Shown here one piece after another: positions 9,374 through 19,107 of a DNA stretch of 64,000 bases (positions within the stretch are counted from its first letter, which is position 1; every line of letters begins with the position of its first letter). The position numbers and the translations under genes were made by a program. The stretch comes from Candidatus Caldarchaeum sp. GTDB lineage: Archaea; Thermoproteota; Nitrososphaeria_A; Caldarchaeales; Caldarchaeaceae. The stretch covers positions 352,001 to 416,000 of the forward strand of contig JAVZZH010000001.1 of assembly GCA_038885755.1 (NCBI GenBank), written 5' to 3'. Below the pieces are notes generated by a model, which was not told the origin of the DNA, searched no databases, and saw only the letters and a list, made by a program, of their open reading frames with translations.

Positions 9374-10208
9374 TCGGGTATCTGACGAGGTTGCCCCATT
9401 CCGTCCAGCTGCCGTCGTAGACCTTCACGCTCGGGTATCCAAGCAGATGTTTCAGAACGAACCATGTGACGCTAGCCCTCTCTCCGATCCGGCAATACGT
9501 CACGACTTCCCTGTCGGGCAGTACCCCCTTCGAGCCGTAAAGCTGTCTCAGCTCCTCCACGGGTTTGAAGGAGCCGTCCTCCCTTATAGCCTGACCCCAC
9601 GGGATGTTGATAGCTCCGGGGATGTGTCCGCCACGCTGGGCATGCTCGTTAGGGTATTCGGGCGGAGCCGTTATCTCTCCCTTAAACTCGGCAGGAGACC
9701 TGACGTCGACGAGAACGAGGCCAGGGTCGGCTATCTTCCTTTTCAGAAGCTCCTCTAGGAAGATTCTGTCGGAATAGTTTATCTTCTCAACCTTGTAGGC
9801 TGACGGCTTGGGTTTCGGCGTCTCCTTCGAAAGCTCTCCGCCGGAGTCGATCCATTTCTTACGTCCTCCGTTGAGGAGCTGCAGCTTGCTGTGGCCGTAC
9901 ATTTCGAAGACCCAAAAGGCGAACGTTGCGAACCAGTTGTTGTAGTCACCGTACAGGATGACGTGCGTGTCATTCGAGATGCCCAGCCTAGACATCAGAG
10001 CTTCGAACTCTCTAGCGTCTATGATATCCCTCGACTCCTGCTTGTTCATGTCTTTCCTCCAGTCTATCAGCAGAGCTCCCGGTATGTGTCCCTGCTCGTA
10101 TGCGAGCTTGGGGTCGTAGTCCACTTCGACGACGGCCAACCCGGGTTTGGCGAGGTTCTGCTTAAGCCATTCGACGTCTGCGAGGACATGGGGGTGTGCG
10201 TATGACAT
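9363..10208 (-). CDS. Two-domain sulfurtransferase (rhodanese, SseA/CysA type)
   Basis: GHIPGA twice, active-site YCRIGER, YDGSWTEW. Confidence 0.95.
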   Translation of the reverse strand: MSYAHPHVLADVEWLKQNLAKPGLAVVEVDYDPKLAYEQGHIPGALLIDWRKDMNKQESRDIIDAREFEALMSRLGISNDTHVILYGDYNNWFATFAFWVFEMYGHSKLQLLNGGRKKWIDSGGELSKETPKPKPSAYKVEKINYSDRIFLEELLKRKIADPGLVLVDVRSPAEFKGEITAPPEYPNEHAQRGGHIPGAINIPWGQAIREDGSFKPVEELRQLYGSKGVLPDREVVTYCRIGERASVTWFVLKHLLGYPSVKVYDGSWTEWGNLVRYPIEK

Positions 10209-10270
10209 GGTTTGGGTCGGTCTTGGCTTTATTTAAGCCATTCTTAGCTTAAAATAATATTGGTAATATA

Positions 10271-11944
10271 CTAGCCATATCTAAACCTAACCCCGCGACC
10301 GTTCCATTCATGTCCGAACCTGACAGCGGCCGGAGGACCGATTACCCCGCAGGTCCCGCATGCAACGCAGGCAACGTGGTCGAACTTCAGCACGCTCGAC
10401 TCTATGTCCTTCAGAGTCATGTCGTAGGCTGTCCTCTCAGATCCAGCCTGCTTTAAGTTGAAGCGGTAAAGGTCCCTGAAGGACGCGAACACTCCCTTCT
10501 CGTTGACCACGGTGTAGCAGTTGACGGGGCAGAGCGGAACCCAAGCCTTCCGACTGTCGGCCGAAGCCACCCTAGAGTCCACCTGTATGTGGGCCCTCTC
10601 CCTGTCCTCGCGATAGTCAAGCAAGCCCGTCATCGCTTGAATGTTCTTAATGGCGTCGCCGTCCATCTGGGCCGGGTTATAATTGGAGGCCTTGACTGTT
10701 CTCCCCAGACCGAGCCTGAACATGGCTGACACGCTCGACGAGTAGATCAGCTTCCTCTCGAGGATCATGCTGTTAGTCTTGGACTTTCCGATAAGACTGT
10801 AGATGGGTTTCAGCATATGCTTGTAGATCGAAAGGGTTTCATCGCCGAAGCTTCCAGCCTTAGCGGCATGCATGTAGGCTTGAGCCGCTAGAATCCCCGA
10901 GGCGATGGCAGGCCTCATGCCGTCTATCAAAGCTCCGATTTTGTAGAAGACACCCAGAGAGTCTCCAGCCGCTAGGAAGCCGGGGTAGTAGGGCTTGCTG
11001 GGAACAACCTTATAGCCGCGAGGTATGTTGTGGGCAGAATACTCAGCTATCCTACCGCCTTCAACTATCTGCGAGACGAAGGGATGCGACTCCATCTCTA
11101 CGAGGACTTCATAGGGCTTTCCCAGCTCGTTGAACTGGGTTGTGAAAACCGATATGGCTGAGGAAAGGTCCATGACGACGCCGACCGACAGAGTGTCGCT
11201 GTTCGGGTAGATGAAGCCGCCGCCCACTATGCCGTGCATGAAGGGGCCCAGCAGGTAGACCGTCTTAAATCCGTCGTCGAGCCTGAAGAACTCTTCGATC
11301 CTTTGAGAACTGGTTTTGAAGACATGCTTTACTCCATGGTAAACTTGGTCCGGCGTAATCTTTCCTCTCATCCCAACCTTCTCGGGAAGCAGCGAGGTGA
11401 CTCCGCTGCAGTCTATCACGAGGTCTGCACGCAGCTCTTCGTCCTGCGTCCTCACGCCCACGACCCTGCCGTCCTCGAACAACAAGTCCTCGACGGTTTT
11501 GGACGTTGCGAGTAAAGCCCCCTCCTCCACAGCCCTCAACGCCATCCAGCGGTCGAACTTGGCTCTCAAGACCGTGTAGTCGTGTCCACTGGAGGCGTCT
11601 AGCATCGTCAAACCAAGCCTAGTCGCCAACGATTTCTTGTCCCACTTGATCAAGCTGAAGCTAACACCGTCGTTCTCCAGCCTTGGCTGACTGATTAGGT
11701 AGAGCTCGTGCCCCGAGATTTTTCTCTCGACGGGTGCTTCCTGCTCGAATTCAGGAATCAGGTCGATTAAGCCAAGCCCGTTGATGAATCCCCCGAACAA
11801 CACCCCGCCGGATACGTTCCGCTGGCCGGGAAGCTGAGCCTTCTCCAGCATGATTACGTCGTAGCCGCGCCTTGCAAGCGTTATGGCTGCCGCCGACCCG
11901 GCGGGCCCTGCTCCGACCACCACAACGTCGAACTTGTCAGCCAT
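10271..11944 (-). CDS. fixC: FixC-like FAD oxidoreductase fused to FixX-like ferredoxin (ETF:quinone oxidoreductase-like)
   Basis: VGAGPAG, NVSGG, TVLRAKFDRW, GDS..GM..AIASG; C-terminal CPVNCY..CVACGTC..GVRFRYG. Confidence 0.85.
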   Translation of the reverse strand: MADKFDVVVVGAGPAGSAAAITLARRGYDVIMLEKAQLPGQRNVSGGVLFGGFINGLGLIDLIPEFEQEAPVERKISGHELYLISQPRLENDGVSFSLIKWDKKSLATRLGLTMLDASSGHDYTVLRAKFDRWMALRAVEEGALLATSKTVEDLLFEDGRVVGVRTQDEELRADLVIDCSGVTSLLPEKVGMRGKITPDQVYHGVKHVFKTSSQRIEEFFRLDDGFKTVYLLGPFMHGIVGGGFIYPNSDTLSVGVVMDLSSAISVFTTQFNELGKPYEVLVEMESHPFVSQIVEGGRIAEYSAHNIPRGYKVVPSKPYYPGFLAAGDSLGVFYKIGALIDGMRPAIASGILAAQAYMHAAKAGSFGDETLSIYKHMLKPIYSLIGKSKTNSMILERKLIYSSSVSAMFRLGLGRTVKASNYNPAQMDGDAIKNIQAMTGLLDYREDRERAHIQVDSRVASADSRKAWVPLCPVNCYTVVNEKGVFASFRDLYRFNLKQAGSERTAYDMTLKDIESSVLKFDHVACVACGTCGVIGPPAAVRFGHEWNGRGVRFRYG

Positions 11945-13031
11945 TAGCCACCCTCTCCACAGCCTCTATGATTCTCGGAAGAGCTTCGTAAAGGTCTCCT
12001 TTGATTCCGTAGTGCGCTATGTCGAAGATCGGTGCCTTCGGGTCGTTGTTTATCGCAACGATCTTCTTAGACCTGATCATTCCCACCCTATGCTGGACAG
12101 AGCCGCTTATCCCAACGGCTATGTATACGTCCGGAGATATCGTCTTACCGGTCTGGCCTACTTGTCTTTCAGACGTCACCAACCCCTCCAGCTCCTTCAG
12201 CTCGGAGTATATCAAAGCTCTTGTAGCTCCCAGCTCGCAGTTGACGCCCAGCTTAGTGTTCACCAAGTCGACCAAGCTTTTTGCAAGCGTGTACCCCTCC
12301 CGCGGGTTTTTCGGCCTGCCGTTTCCATCCTTGAGTATACCAAGACCTATGCTGACCACAACCCGGGCCCCCTCTAGGTCTACCTCGCTCTTCGGAAGCC
12401 TCTTCTCCTCAACGACTTCCACGACGAAGTCTTCAGGAACAGGCTTGAAATGATACCTAACCCTCTCCCCCTCTCTCCTCCTGTCTTCCTGTAGTGGTTC
12501 GAAGTTTCCGGGCCTAATGCTTGCTACTTGGGGCCTGTGCCTCGGCGTGAAGATCTTAGCCACGCGTGTTGCGAAGTCGGGCCTTATCTGCGCCAGCACG
12601 TTTTTGTAAGTCGTGTTTGTGGGGCCGAAGTAGTAGTCCTCCACCTCTAGGTTGATGTTGTCAGTGGCAAGCCCGGTGCCAAGCCTGTAGGCAACCCTCG
12701 GCGAAAGGTCTCTTCCCAGCTCGTCTGCGACGAAGAGAAGAGCGTAGGGCTTCTCCTTCTCAACCATCTCGCAGAGAACTCTCGTGTAGGGTAGGCAGTT
12801 GTAGTTCCTGAGCCAAGGCTCGTCCGCATACACAACCTTGTCGGCTCCTCTGGCGATCGCTTCATCTACCACAGAGTTCAAGTCATGCCCTATAATCGCC
12901 GCCACAACCCTCTGCCCGAGCCTGTCAGCCACCTTCCGCGCTGCAGCGATTATCTCTAGGCTAGGCCTAGTTAGCCGGCCGTCCTCTTTGACGCAGTAAG
13001 CCATGACGTCCCTATACTGCTCTAGCGACAA
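11937..13031 (-). CDS. etfA: Electron transfer flavoprotein alpha subunit
   Basis: QVGQTGKT, YIAVGISGSVQH, AINNDPKAPIF. Confidence 0.95.
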   Translation of the reverse strand: MSLEQYRDVMAYCVKEDGRLTRPSLEIIAAARKVADRLGQRVVAAIIGHDLNSVVDEAIARGADKVVYADEPWLRNYNCLPYTRVLCEMVEKEKPYALLFVADELGRDLSPRVAYRLGTGLATDNINLEVEDYYFGPTNTTYKNVLAQIRPDFATRVAKIFTPRHRPQVASIRPGNFEPLQEDRRREGERVRYHFKPVPEDFVVEVVEEKRLPKSEVDLEGARVVVSIGLGILKDGNGRPKNPREGYTLAKSLVDLVNTKLGVNCELGATRALIYSELKELEGLVTSERQVGQTGKTISPDVYIAVGISGSVQHRVGMIRSKKIVAINNDPKAPIFDIAHYGIKGDLYEALPRIIEAVERVANG

Positions 13032-14244
13032 CCTTCAACCCTCCGAATATCTCTTCAACCAAGTCCTCGAGGCTGAACACTCCAACAACCCCTTCCTGCT
13101 TGAACTTGTTCAGCAACTCTTCGGGAAGGCTGTCGGCGATGTCTCCCTTGCTGAACGGCCCGTAGGTTTTTCCGTTGTGCTGAAACTTCTCCACGTCTCT
13201 CTTAAAGACCAAGGTTTCGTTCACAAACTTCTGAGTAGGAGGCTTACCAACCTCGTATCCGGGACCGACTATGGTCGGCGACCCCATCAACCCAAGCTTG
13301 CTCGGGTCGGCTTTGATGTATTCTGCGTTCCAGACTCTAACGTCTGCAACTCTGCCGGCGTAGTTTTTCAGCCTAGCGTTCTTTTGAAGGTTTGCGGCTG
13401 GGACTCTGGGCTCGTAGTGGCTGTCGATCGTGAGCAGGCAGGGGAAGGTTGTTCGGAGTTTCTGCAGAACGTTCCCAACCTTCCTGACGGCTACGACGCT
13501 GCCAGAGTCGGGTGAAACCTCGAAATCACGTACGAATGCGATGCTGGGGATGACTGTGTTGAGCATGCTGCTCAAAGCCTCGGCTGTCTGGGGCCCTGTG
13601 TTCCCGGTCTCGCCGTCGCTTGTCTTCATGCCCGTCAAGATGATGAACTTGTTTATGTCCCTGCGATACTTTTCAAGCTCTAGTAGAAAGCCTTCAGCGC
13701 TCAAGCTTCCTCGCAACAGTCTGTTCACTAGGGTGTCTTTGACAGTAGGCAGCTTGGAGAAGATGTAGTTTGGAAGCATGTTCTCCTTGTAAAGCTTCTC
13801 AGCTGTTTCTCTGACCAGCTCCAAGTCATTCTTCTTAACTACTTCGACCAGCTTGTCAACGGCCTCTAAATGGTTTTCGACAATTTTCTTGATGCCGCAT
13901 GCAAGAGTGTACGATGTAGCCCAGGTGTCTGCCCCCGCCATCCTCCGGTCGCTAAGGATTATTCTCTCGTCAAAACCCGTGAAAGATATCCGAGGGACGT
14001 AGAAGCTCTCCTCCACAGGCTGATACAGGTCTTTCATGATTGGCATGATCTTAGGCTCAGGCCCCATGGACAAACCGATCGTCTTGCCGCCGACCGTCTG
14101 CTTGACGTACTGTGCTGCCTCGATGGCCTTGGCGTCGTGAGGGTTTAGAACAAGGTCCATCTCCTCCCTGCGGAGGACGCCCGAGACCGTTACGACGCTG
14201 GTCGTCTTCGCCGGCACTCCTTTGACGAGACACACAATCAACAT
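13012..14244 (-). CDS. etfB: Electron transfer flavoprotein beta subunit (with insertion and C-terminal extension)
   Basis: IVCLVKGVP, LNPHD, SMGP, LSDRRMAGADTWATS, DGETG, GLMGSPT. Confidence 0.92.
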   Translation of the reverse strand: MLIVCLVKGVPAKTTSVVTVSGVLRREEMDLVLNPHDAKAIEAAQYVKQTVGGKTIGLSMGPEPKIMPIMKDLYQPVEESFYVPRISFTGFDERIILSDRRMAGADTWATSYTLACGIKKIVENHLEAVDKLVEVVKKNDLELVRETAEKLYKENMLPNYIFSKLPTVKDTLVNRLLRGSLSAEGFLLELEKYRRDINKFIILTGMKTSDGETGNTGPQTAEALSSMLNTVIPSIAFVRDFEVSPDSGSVVAVRKVGNVLQKLRTTFPCLLTIDSHYEPRVPAANLQKNARLKNYAGRVADVRVWNAEYIKADPSKLGLMGSPTIVGPGYEVGKPPTQKFVNETLVFKRDVEKFQHNGKTYGPFSKGDIADSLPEELLNKFKQEGVVGVFSLEDLVEEIFGGLKVVARAV

Positions 14245-14276
14245 GGAGAATCTTGGTGTATGATGCTTGAAATTCT

Positions 14277-15653
14277 CTATTTAACTTGATTCTCTGAAGT
14301 CATGAGGAATGATTTGCGGTCTAAGATTATCTCAGTCTCGTCGTACTTGTTTCTCCGAACGTTTATGAACGCCATACGCAGGCTGGACCCTTCTCGGAGT
14401 TGATCTGTTTTCTCGGCGGCCAGACCCCATGCCGAGCAGGTGTATGTTTTTCCGCCGTGCTCAACCCACATGGTTGATATTTTTCTGGAGCCGAACCTCG
14501 TCTCAACCGTCGTCAACGGAGTCTTTCTCACCAGCTTGCAGTCGACCAGCCCGCTGCAGACCCTCCCTTCAAAATCGTCAAGCGTGCCCGTGTAGGCTGG
14601 AGGTGGATGGTTTTCTTGGGTGCTTCTGATTGATTTGCCGTAGGCTTGAGGTATTCCACGTCGTTGAATGACGAAAGCCTTTTCAACAACTACATTTTCG
14701 TAAGGAGCTTCAGCGGGAAAACCAAGCCTCAACATTCTAGACCCGTCCGTCGCGGCGAGAACGCCGTCGAAACACCTCCCCAGAATAGTCAGAGGGAGCT
14801 CGCGGACGCTCTTGTCCAAAGCCCTCGCCAGAACTTCTTCGTCAAAACCCACGACAGTTATAAGGCTGTTCGGGCCCGTGTGAAGCTCTCCGTCTCTCAG
14901 GTTCACTGAAGCCGCCATCAACCTAGCTCCCTCCGCAACATCCGACAGAAGGCCAGCCCAATCCCTCCAAGCCGTGAACAACTCAACAGCTTCACCGTCC
15001 GAAACCAGCAGCTCCAACAATCTAGTCTCATCCTCAACCACCTTGACGCCCGTGTTCAAAACAACGACAGCTGAGACGTCGACAGTGCGACGCCCGAACA
15101 ATCGGCTGGCAGAGAGATTAAACCCAGAAAAATCCAGAGGAGGCAGTTTTCCCTGATCCTGCATCTTCTCAACCCTCGACCTGCTACCCGCGTGGAGCAC
15201 GAGGCCGCTGCCCGACTTGGGTGTGGAGACGTAGCCGTTCCAGACGGCCACGACGTCGCCGACAAAAGCACTCAGCTCGCTCTCCCAAACCATCACGTCG
15301 ACAGCCCCTGTACCGTCCCAGAGCCTCAGCCTCGAAAACTTCCTTCCATCCTCCGTCGAAAACGTCTTACATCCGAGGACTCTCCCCACCACGCTCACGT
15401 CCTTCAAACCCGCGGTGAGAGCGGACATGAGAGTAAACGAGTAGTCAATCTGGCCGCTTAGGCCGTCTTCCCCAGACAACCCTCTCTCCTCGAGCACAAT
15501 CAGAAGAGCCCCCAGCTTCGTCAGGAACGGTGAAGACCTGAGCTTCTCCTCGACGATTCTGTCGAGGTCCTGTCTGCTGAGGTCTTTGCACGTTTGGAGG
15601 ATCTTCTCCTCCAGCTCTTCCACGCGCATCCGGCTGGAGAGGTGGTTGAACAC
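14277..15653 (-). CDS. Multi-OB-fold single-stranded DNA-binding protein (RPA-like)
   Basis: N-terminal RPA-type helical domain (LTKLGALLIV); repeated OB motifs (LRLWDGTGAVDVMVW, LLVSDGE..TAW, CSAWG). Confidence 0.7.
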   Translation of the reverse strand: MFNHLSSRMRVEELEEKILQTCKDLSRQDLDRIVEEKLRSSPFLTKLGALLIVLEERGLSGEDGLSGQIDYSFTLMSALTAGLKDVSVVGRVLGCKTFSTEDGRKFSRLRLWDGTGAVDVMVWESELSAFVGDVVAVWNGYVSTPKSGSGLVLHAGSRSRVEKMQDQGKLPPLDFSGFNLSASRLFGRRTVDVSAVVVLNTGVKVVEDETRLLELLVSDGEAVELFTAWRDWAGLLSDVAEGARLMAASVNLRDGELHTGPNSLITVVGFDEEVLARALDKSVRELPLTILGRCFDGVLAATDGSRMLRLGFPAEAPYENVVVEKAFVIQRRGIPQAYGKSIRSTQENHPPPAYTGTLDDFEGRVCSGLVDCKLVRKTPLTTVETRFGSRKISTMWVEHGGKTYTCSAWGLAAEKTDQLREGSSLRMAFINVRRNKYDETEIILDRKSFLMTSENQVK

Positions 15654-15712
15654 AATTAAAACTTATATACAGTCTGGAGAAATAGGGCTCTGAGATGTAT
15701 TTGGTGGATGGA

Positions 15713-15746
15713 GGTGGACGTCTTCCAGAAGGGTGGACGTCTTCCA
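15713..15746 (+). repeat. 15-bp direct repeat GGTGGACGTCTTCCA (period 19)
   Basis: Exact copies at 15713-15727 and 15732-15746. Confidence 0.9.
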
Positions 15747-16521
15747 TCTCGGGCTAGCTGTTAAGCCTTCAAACCTTCGGGGAGACAAGCTTCAAGCTCT
15801 GGAGTCGGTTTCAAAGCTTCTGAAGAAGCATGGTTATTCGGTGTTGGTCATCGACTCTGAGACCGCTGACCAAGACCCTAAGGTTAGCGACTACGCTAAG
15901 CTCGTCGATCGCTGTGTCGAGCACTCTTTATGCATCCCTGTGCTGACGATTCCCGTGAGGAGGCATGATTTTCACAGCAGGATGGAGGAGTTCATCAGCG
16001 TCGTGGATGAAACAGATGGCTGCGGCGTCTGCCTAGTGGCTGGCAACCGAGCTTACTTGGATGAAGACGAGATGAGAACCGCCGCGGGTCCTTTGGTGCT
16101 CAAGGCTTGTGAAACTATTAGGAGAAGGCGGCGGTGTTTGCTGATGGTTGGGACGGAGCGGATGGAAAAGACAGCCTATAAAGCCGCCTGCCTTTACGGC
16201 GCGTCGCCTCTCATACTGCTGAACCCAGCACTTTCCGAAGACCTGAGAAGGTATGATACGGGCGTGGGTGTCTACGCTCCGTTCTACATAGGCCACGACA
16301 TCACCGACGATGCTCTGGACAGGATGAGGGCCTACGTAGCGAGACGGTCAGCGAGCACGGTCTTCGAGCAGGCGGTAAACCACTTCTGCCTAATAGGAGG
16401 GCTTGACGAGGTATCGCGGAGAATATCCATGGCCCTTGACGGGGTTAACCTTCTCGTTGGATATCCTCTGGCTTTTGAGGAGCGGCAGATATCGTTGTTC
16501 GCTAGCCTTTCGAAGGTTTGA
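15733..16521 (+). CDS. Hypothetical protein, degenerate luciferase-like/Mer TIM barrel
   Basis: VYAP and C-terminal FCLIGGLDEVSRRI..GVNLLVGYP resemble the Mer/LLM family. Confidence 0.5.
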   Translation: MDVFHLGLAVKPSNLRGDKLQALESVSKLLKKHGYSVLVIDSETADQDPKVSDYAKLVDRCVEHSLCIPVLTIPVRRHDFHSRMEEFISVVDETDGCGVCLVAGNRAYLDEDEMRTAAGPLVLKACETIRRRRRCLLMVGTERMEKTAYKAACLYGASPLILLNPALSEDLRRYDTGVGVYAPFYIGHDITDDALDRMRAYVARRSASTVFEQAVNHFCLIGGLDEVSRRISMALDGVNLLVGYPLAFEERQISLFASLSKV

Positions 16522-17596
16522 CGAGAGGCTGCCTCCTGACTACTGCTCTCCTCGCAGCGTTTCTGACAAGTATGTACAACACCGTTCCCTCTGTATGAAG
16601 CTCTGCTGGAATCTCGCCCAAGGCCAACCCCTTGCCGACCGAGGGAATGTATCCGCCGCTAGTGACGACGCCCACGCGGTTCCCCGAGCTGTCTAGAATG
16701 GGGTAGCCCGCCCTCGGCACGCCGGGGTCCATCATCTCGAGGATGGCGATTGTCGATGAGGGTTTCGTCTTCAGCTTCTCCTCCAGCTTTCTCTTCCCGA
16801 CGAAGTCTTTCTTCTCAAGGTTCACGGCCCACATCAACCCAGCCTCGACAGGTGTCTTAGCCTCGTCGAAATCCTGATGAGCCAGTAGATAACCCGCTTC
16901 AAGCCTGCAGGCATCCCTACAAGCGAGACCGCAAGGCTTCACACCACCTTCTACGAAGACTCTCCATAGACTGGAGTACAAAACAGTCCCGCCGCACGGG
17001 ATCACAATCTCGTAGCCGTCGCCCCCCGTGTAGCCGCTTCTCGTCAACAAAACCCGACAGCCCTCGAACTCAACGACATCTCCGGCGAACCATTTCAGCG
17101 TGCTAAAATCTCTGCCGAAAACTCTTGATACATGCTCGGACGCTCTCGGCCCCTGCACGGCGAAGAACGCAGACCTTTCGGTGAAATCCTCGACGTAGAC
17201 GCCGGTGCCGGCGTGCTGCGCCAGCCAGTTTAGCACTCTCTCCCTCGAGACGGCGTTGGAGACCATGACGTAGCTTTCTTCCTCTACCTTGAAGACGGTT
17301 ACGTCGTCGATTATGCCAGCGTTCTCGTTGAGCATCAGCCCGTACTTCATCCTCCCGGGCTTGAGACGCTCCACGTCTATCGTCAGGATGTTCTGCAGAA
17401 GAGTTGTTGAGGAAGGGCCCGCTATCTTGGTCCTAGTCATGTGGCTTATGTCGAAGATTCCCGACGACTCCCTGACCGCCCTGTGCTCGTCTCTCAAGCT
17501 CGTGAAGGTAATCACCGTTTTCCAGCCTGCAAACTCCCCAAACTCGGCAGCTGGATAGTTTGCATGATAGTAGCCTAGAAGCGGTATTTCTTTCAC
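16502..17596 (-). CDS. gcvT: Glycine cleavage system aminomethyltransferase T
   Basis: FAGW, FDISHM, GIIDD, RSGYTGGDGYE, RLEAG. Confidence 0.96.
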   Translation of the reverse strand: MKEIPLLGYYHANYPAAEFGEFAGWKTVITFTSLRDEHRAVRESSGIFDISHMTRTKIAGPSSTTLLQNILTIDVERLKPGRMKYGLMLNENAGIIDDVTVFKVEEESYVMVSNAVSRERVLNWLAQHAGTGVYVEDFTERSAFFAVQGPRASEHVSRVFGRDFSTLKWFAGDVVEFEGCRVLLTRSGYTGGDGYEIVIPCGGTVLYSSLWRVFVEGGVKPCGLACRDACRLEAGYLLAHQDFDEAKTPVEAGLMWAVNLEKKDFVGKRKLEEKLKTKPSSTIAILEMMDPGVPRAGYPILDSSGNRVGVVTSGGYIPSVGKGLALGEIPAELHTEGTVLYILVRNAARRAVVRRQPLVKPSKG

Positions 17597-19107
17597 TTCC
17601 TCCTACCCCGGAGAACTCTCCACGTTGGAGTCATGGTCAACGGATGCGAGGCCTTGGCCTCGTCTATTCTGCCCACCGGGGTGCTGTGGGGTGCCGTACG
17701 GACCAGCTTGGGGTTGCTGTAGCACTCCTCAACCACCGACTCGAAGGCTTGGATGAAGGCGTCCAGTTCTTCCTTAGACTCTGTCTCCGTCGGCTCGACC
17801 ATGAAAGCCTCCTCCACTATCAGGGGGAAGTATATCGTTGGAGGATGAAAACCATAGTCGATGAGACGCTTCGCAACCTCGAGAGCGCCTAAACCCGTCT
17901 CCTTCCTCAGCTTCGCCAAGCTGACCACAAACTCGTGCTTACGTGGTCTTGACGAGTCGTATGGAATGCTCACGCCACGCACTTTCTTCAACCTCGAGAG
18001 CATGTAGTTTGAAGCCGCGACCGCGTAGGTGGCCGCCCTCCTCAACCCCTCACCACCCATCGCCAGAATGTATGCATAAGCCCTGACCAGTACGCCGAAG
18101 TTACCGTGAAACATCTTGACAGGACCTATGCTATCCTCCCCGCCATCCAGCAGCTCGTAGACACCGTTCTGCTTCACTATTCTCGGCGGTGGGAGGTATT
18201 TCGCAAGCCTCGAAACCACTCCCACAGGCCCCGCCCCCGGCCCTCCTCCACCGTGAGGCGTCGAGAATGTTTTGTGAAGGTTTAGATGAACTATGTCGAA
18301 CCCCATGTCTCCCGGCCTGACGACGCCCATTATGGCGTTCAGGTTAGCCCCGTCGTAGTATAGTAGGGAGTCGTTTGAATGAATCGTCTCGACTATTTCT
18401 TCGATTTCTCTCTCGAAGAGGCCCACGGTGTTGGGGTTTGTGAGCATGATTCCAGCTACGTCCCCGTCGACGATCTTCTCCAGCATCTCGAGGTCGACGC
18501 AGCCGTCCTGCCTCGTCTTCACAACCACAACCTCAAACCCGGCCATCCCCGCGCTGGCGGGGTTGGTGCCGTGCGCAGAGTCGGGCACGACTATCTTCTG
18601 ACGAGGCCTGCCTTCTCTCTCAGCGTGATATGCTCTCATGATGAGGCAGCCGACGAGCTCGCCGTGCGCCCCTGCCGCTGGTGCGAGGCAGAAGGCATCC
18701 ATGCCTGTTATCTCCTTGAGAGCTGTCTCCAGGTTGTATAACAGTTCGAGGCATCCTTGGACTGTTTCTGGAGGCTGAAGGGGGTGTACGTTGGCTGATT
18801 CCTCCAGCCAAGCTATGTAGTTGTTGACGACGGGGTTGTACTTCATCGTGCAGCTGCCGAGGGGGTAGAAGGTCGTTGAGATGCTCATGTTCATCTGGCT
18901 CAAGCGTGTATAGTGCCGTACCACCGAGGGCTCTGAAAGCTCGGGCAGAGGAAGGTCTCTCCGCAGCAAATCCTGAGGAACGTCTTCAAGCCTCCTCCTG
19001 CCAGCTTCCTTGATCTCGTCGTCCGTGCTGGGCGGCGTATAACCTCTGGCGCCGGGCTTAGAAAGCTCGTAAACCAGCTTCTCTCCCCAAGAAGCCTGCC
19101 TAAACAC
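17593..19107 (-). CDS. gcvPB: Glycine dehydrogenase subunit B
   Basis: PLGSCTMKYNP, SAHGTNPASA, HLNLHKTFSTPHGGGGPG. Confidence 0.97.
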   Translation of the reverse strand: MFRQASWGEKLVYELSKPGARGYTPPSTDDEIKEAGRRRLEDVPQDLLRRDLPLPELSEPSVVRHYTRLSQMNMSISTTFYPLGSCTMKYNPVVNNYIAWLEESANVHPLQPPETVQGCLELLYNLETALKEITGMDAFCLAPAAGAHGELVGCLIMRAYHAEREGRPRQKIVVPDSAHGTNPASAGMAGFEVVVVKTRQDGCVDLEMLEKIVDGDVAGIMLTNPNTVGLFEREIEEIVETIHSNDSLLYYDGANLNAIMGVVRPGDMGFDIVHLNLHKTFSTPHGGGGPGAGPVGVVSRLAKYLPPPRIVKQNGVYELLDGGEDSIGPVKMFHGNFGVLVRAYAYILAMGGEGLRRAATYAVAASNYMLSRLKKVRGVSIPYDSSRPRKHEFVVSLAKLRKETGLGALEVAKRLIDYGFHPPTIYFPLIVEEAFMVEPTETESKEELDAFIQAFESVVEECYSNPKLVRTAPHSTPVGRIDEAKASHPLTMTPTWRVLRGRRK

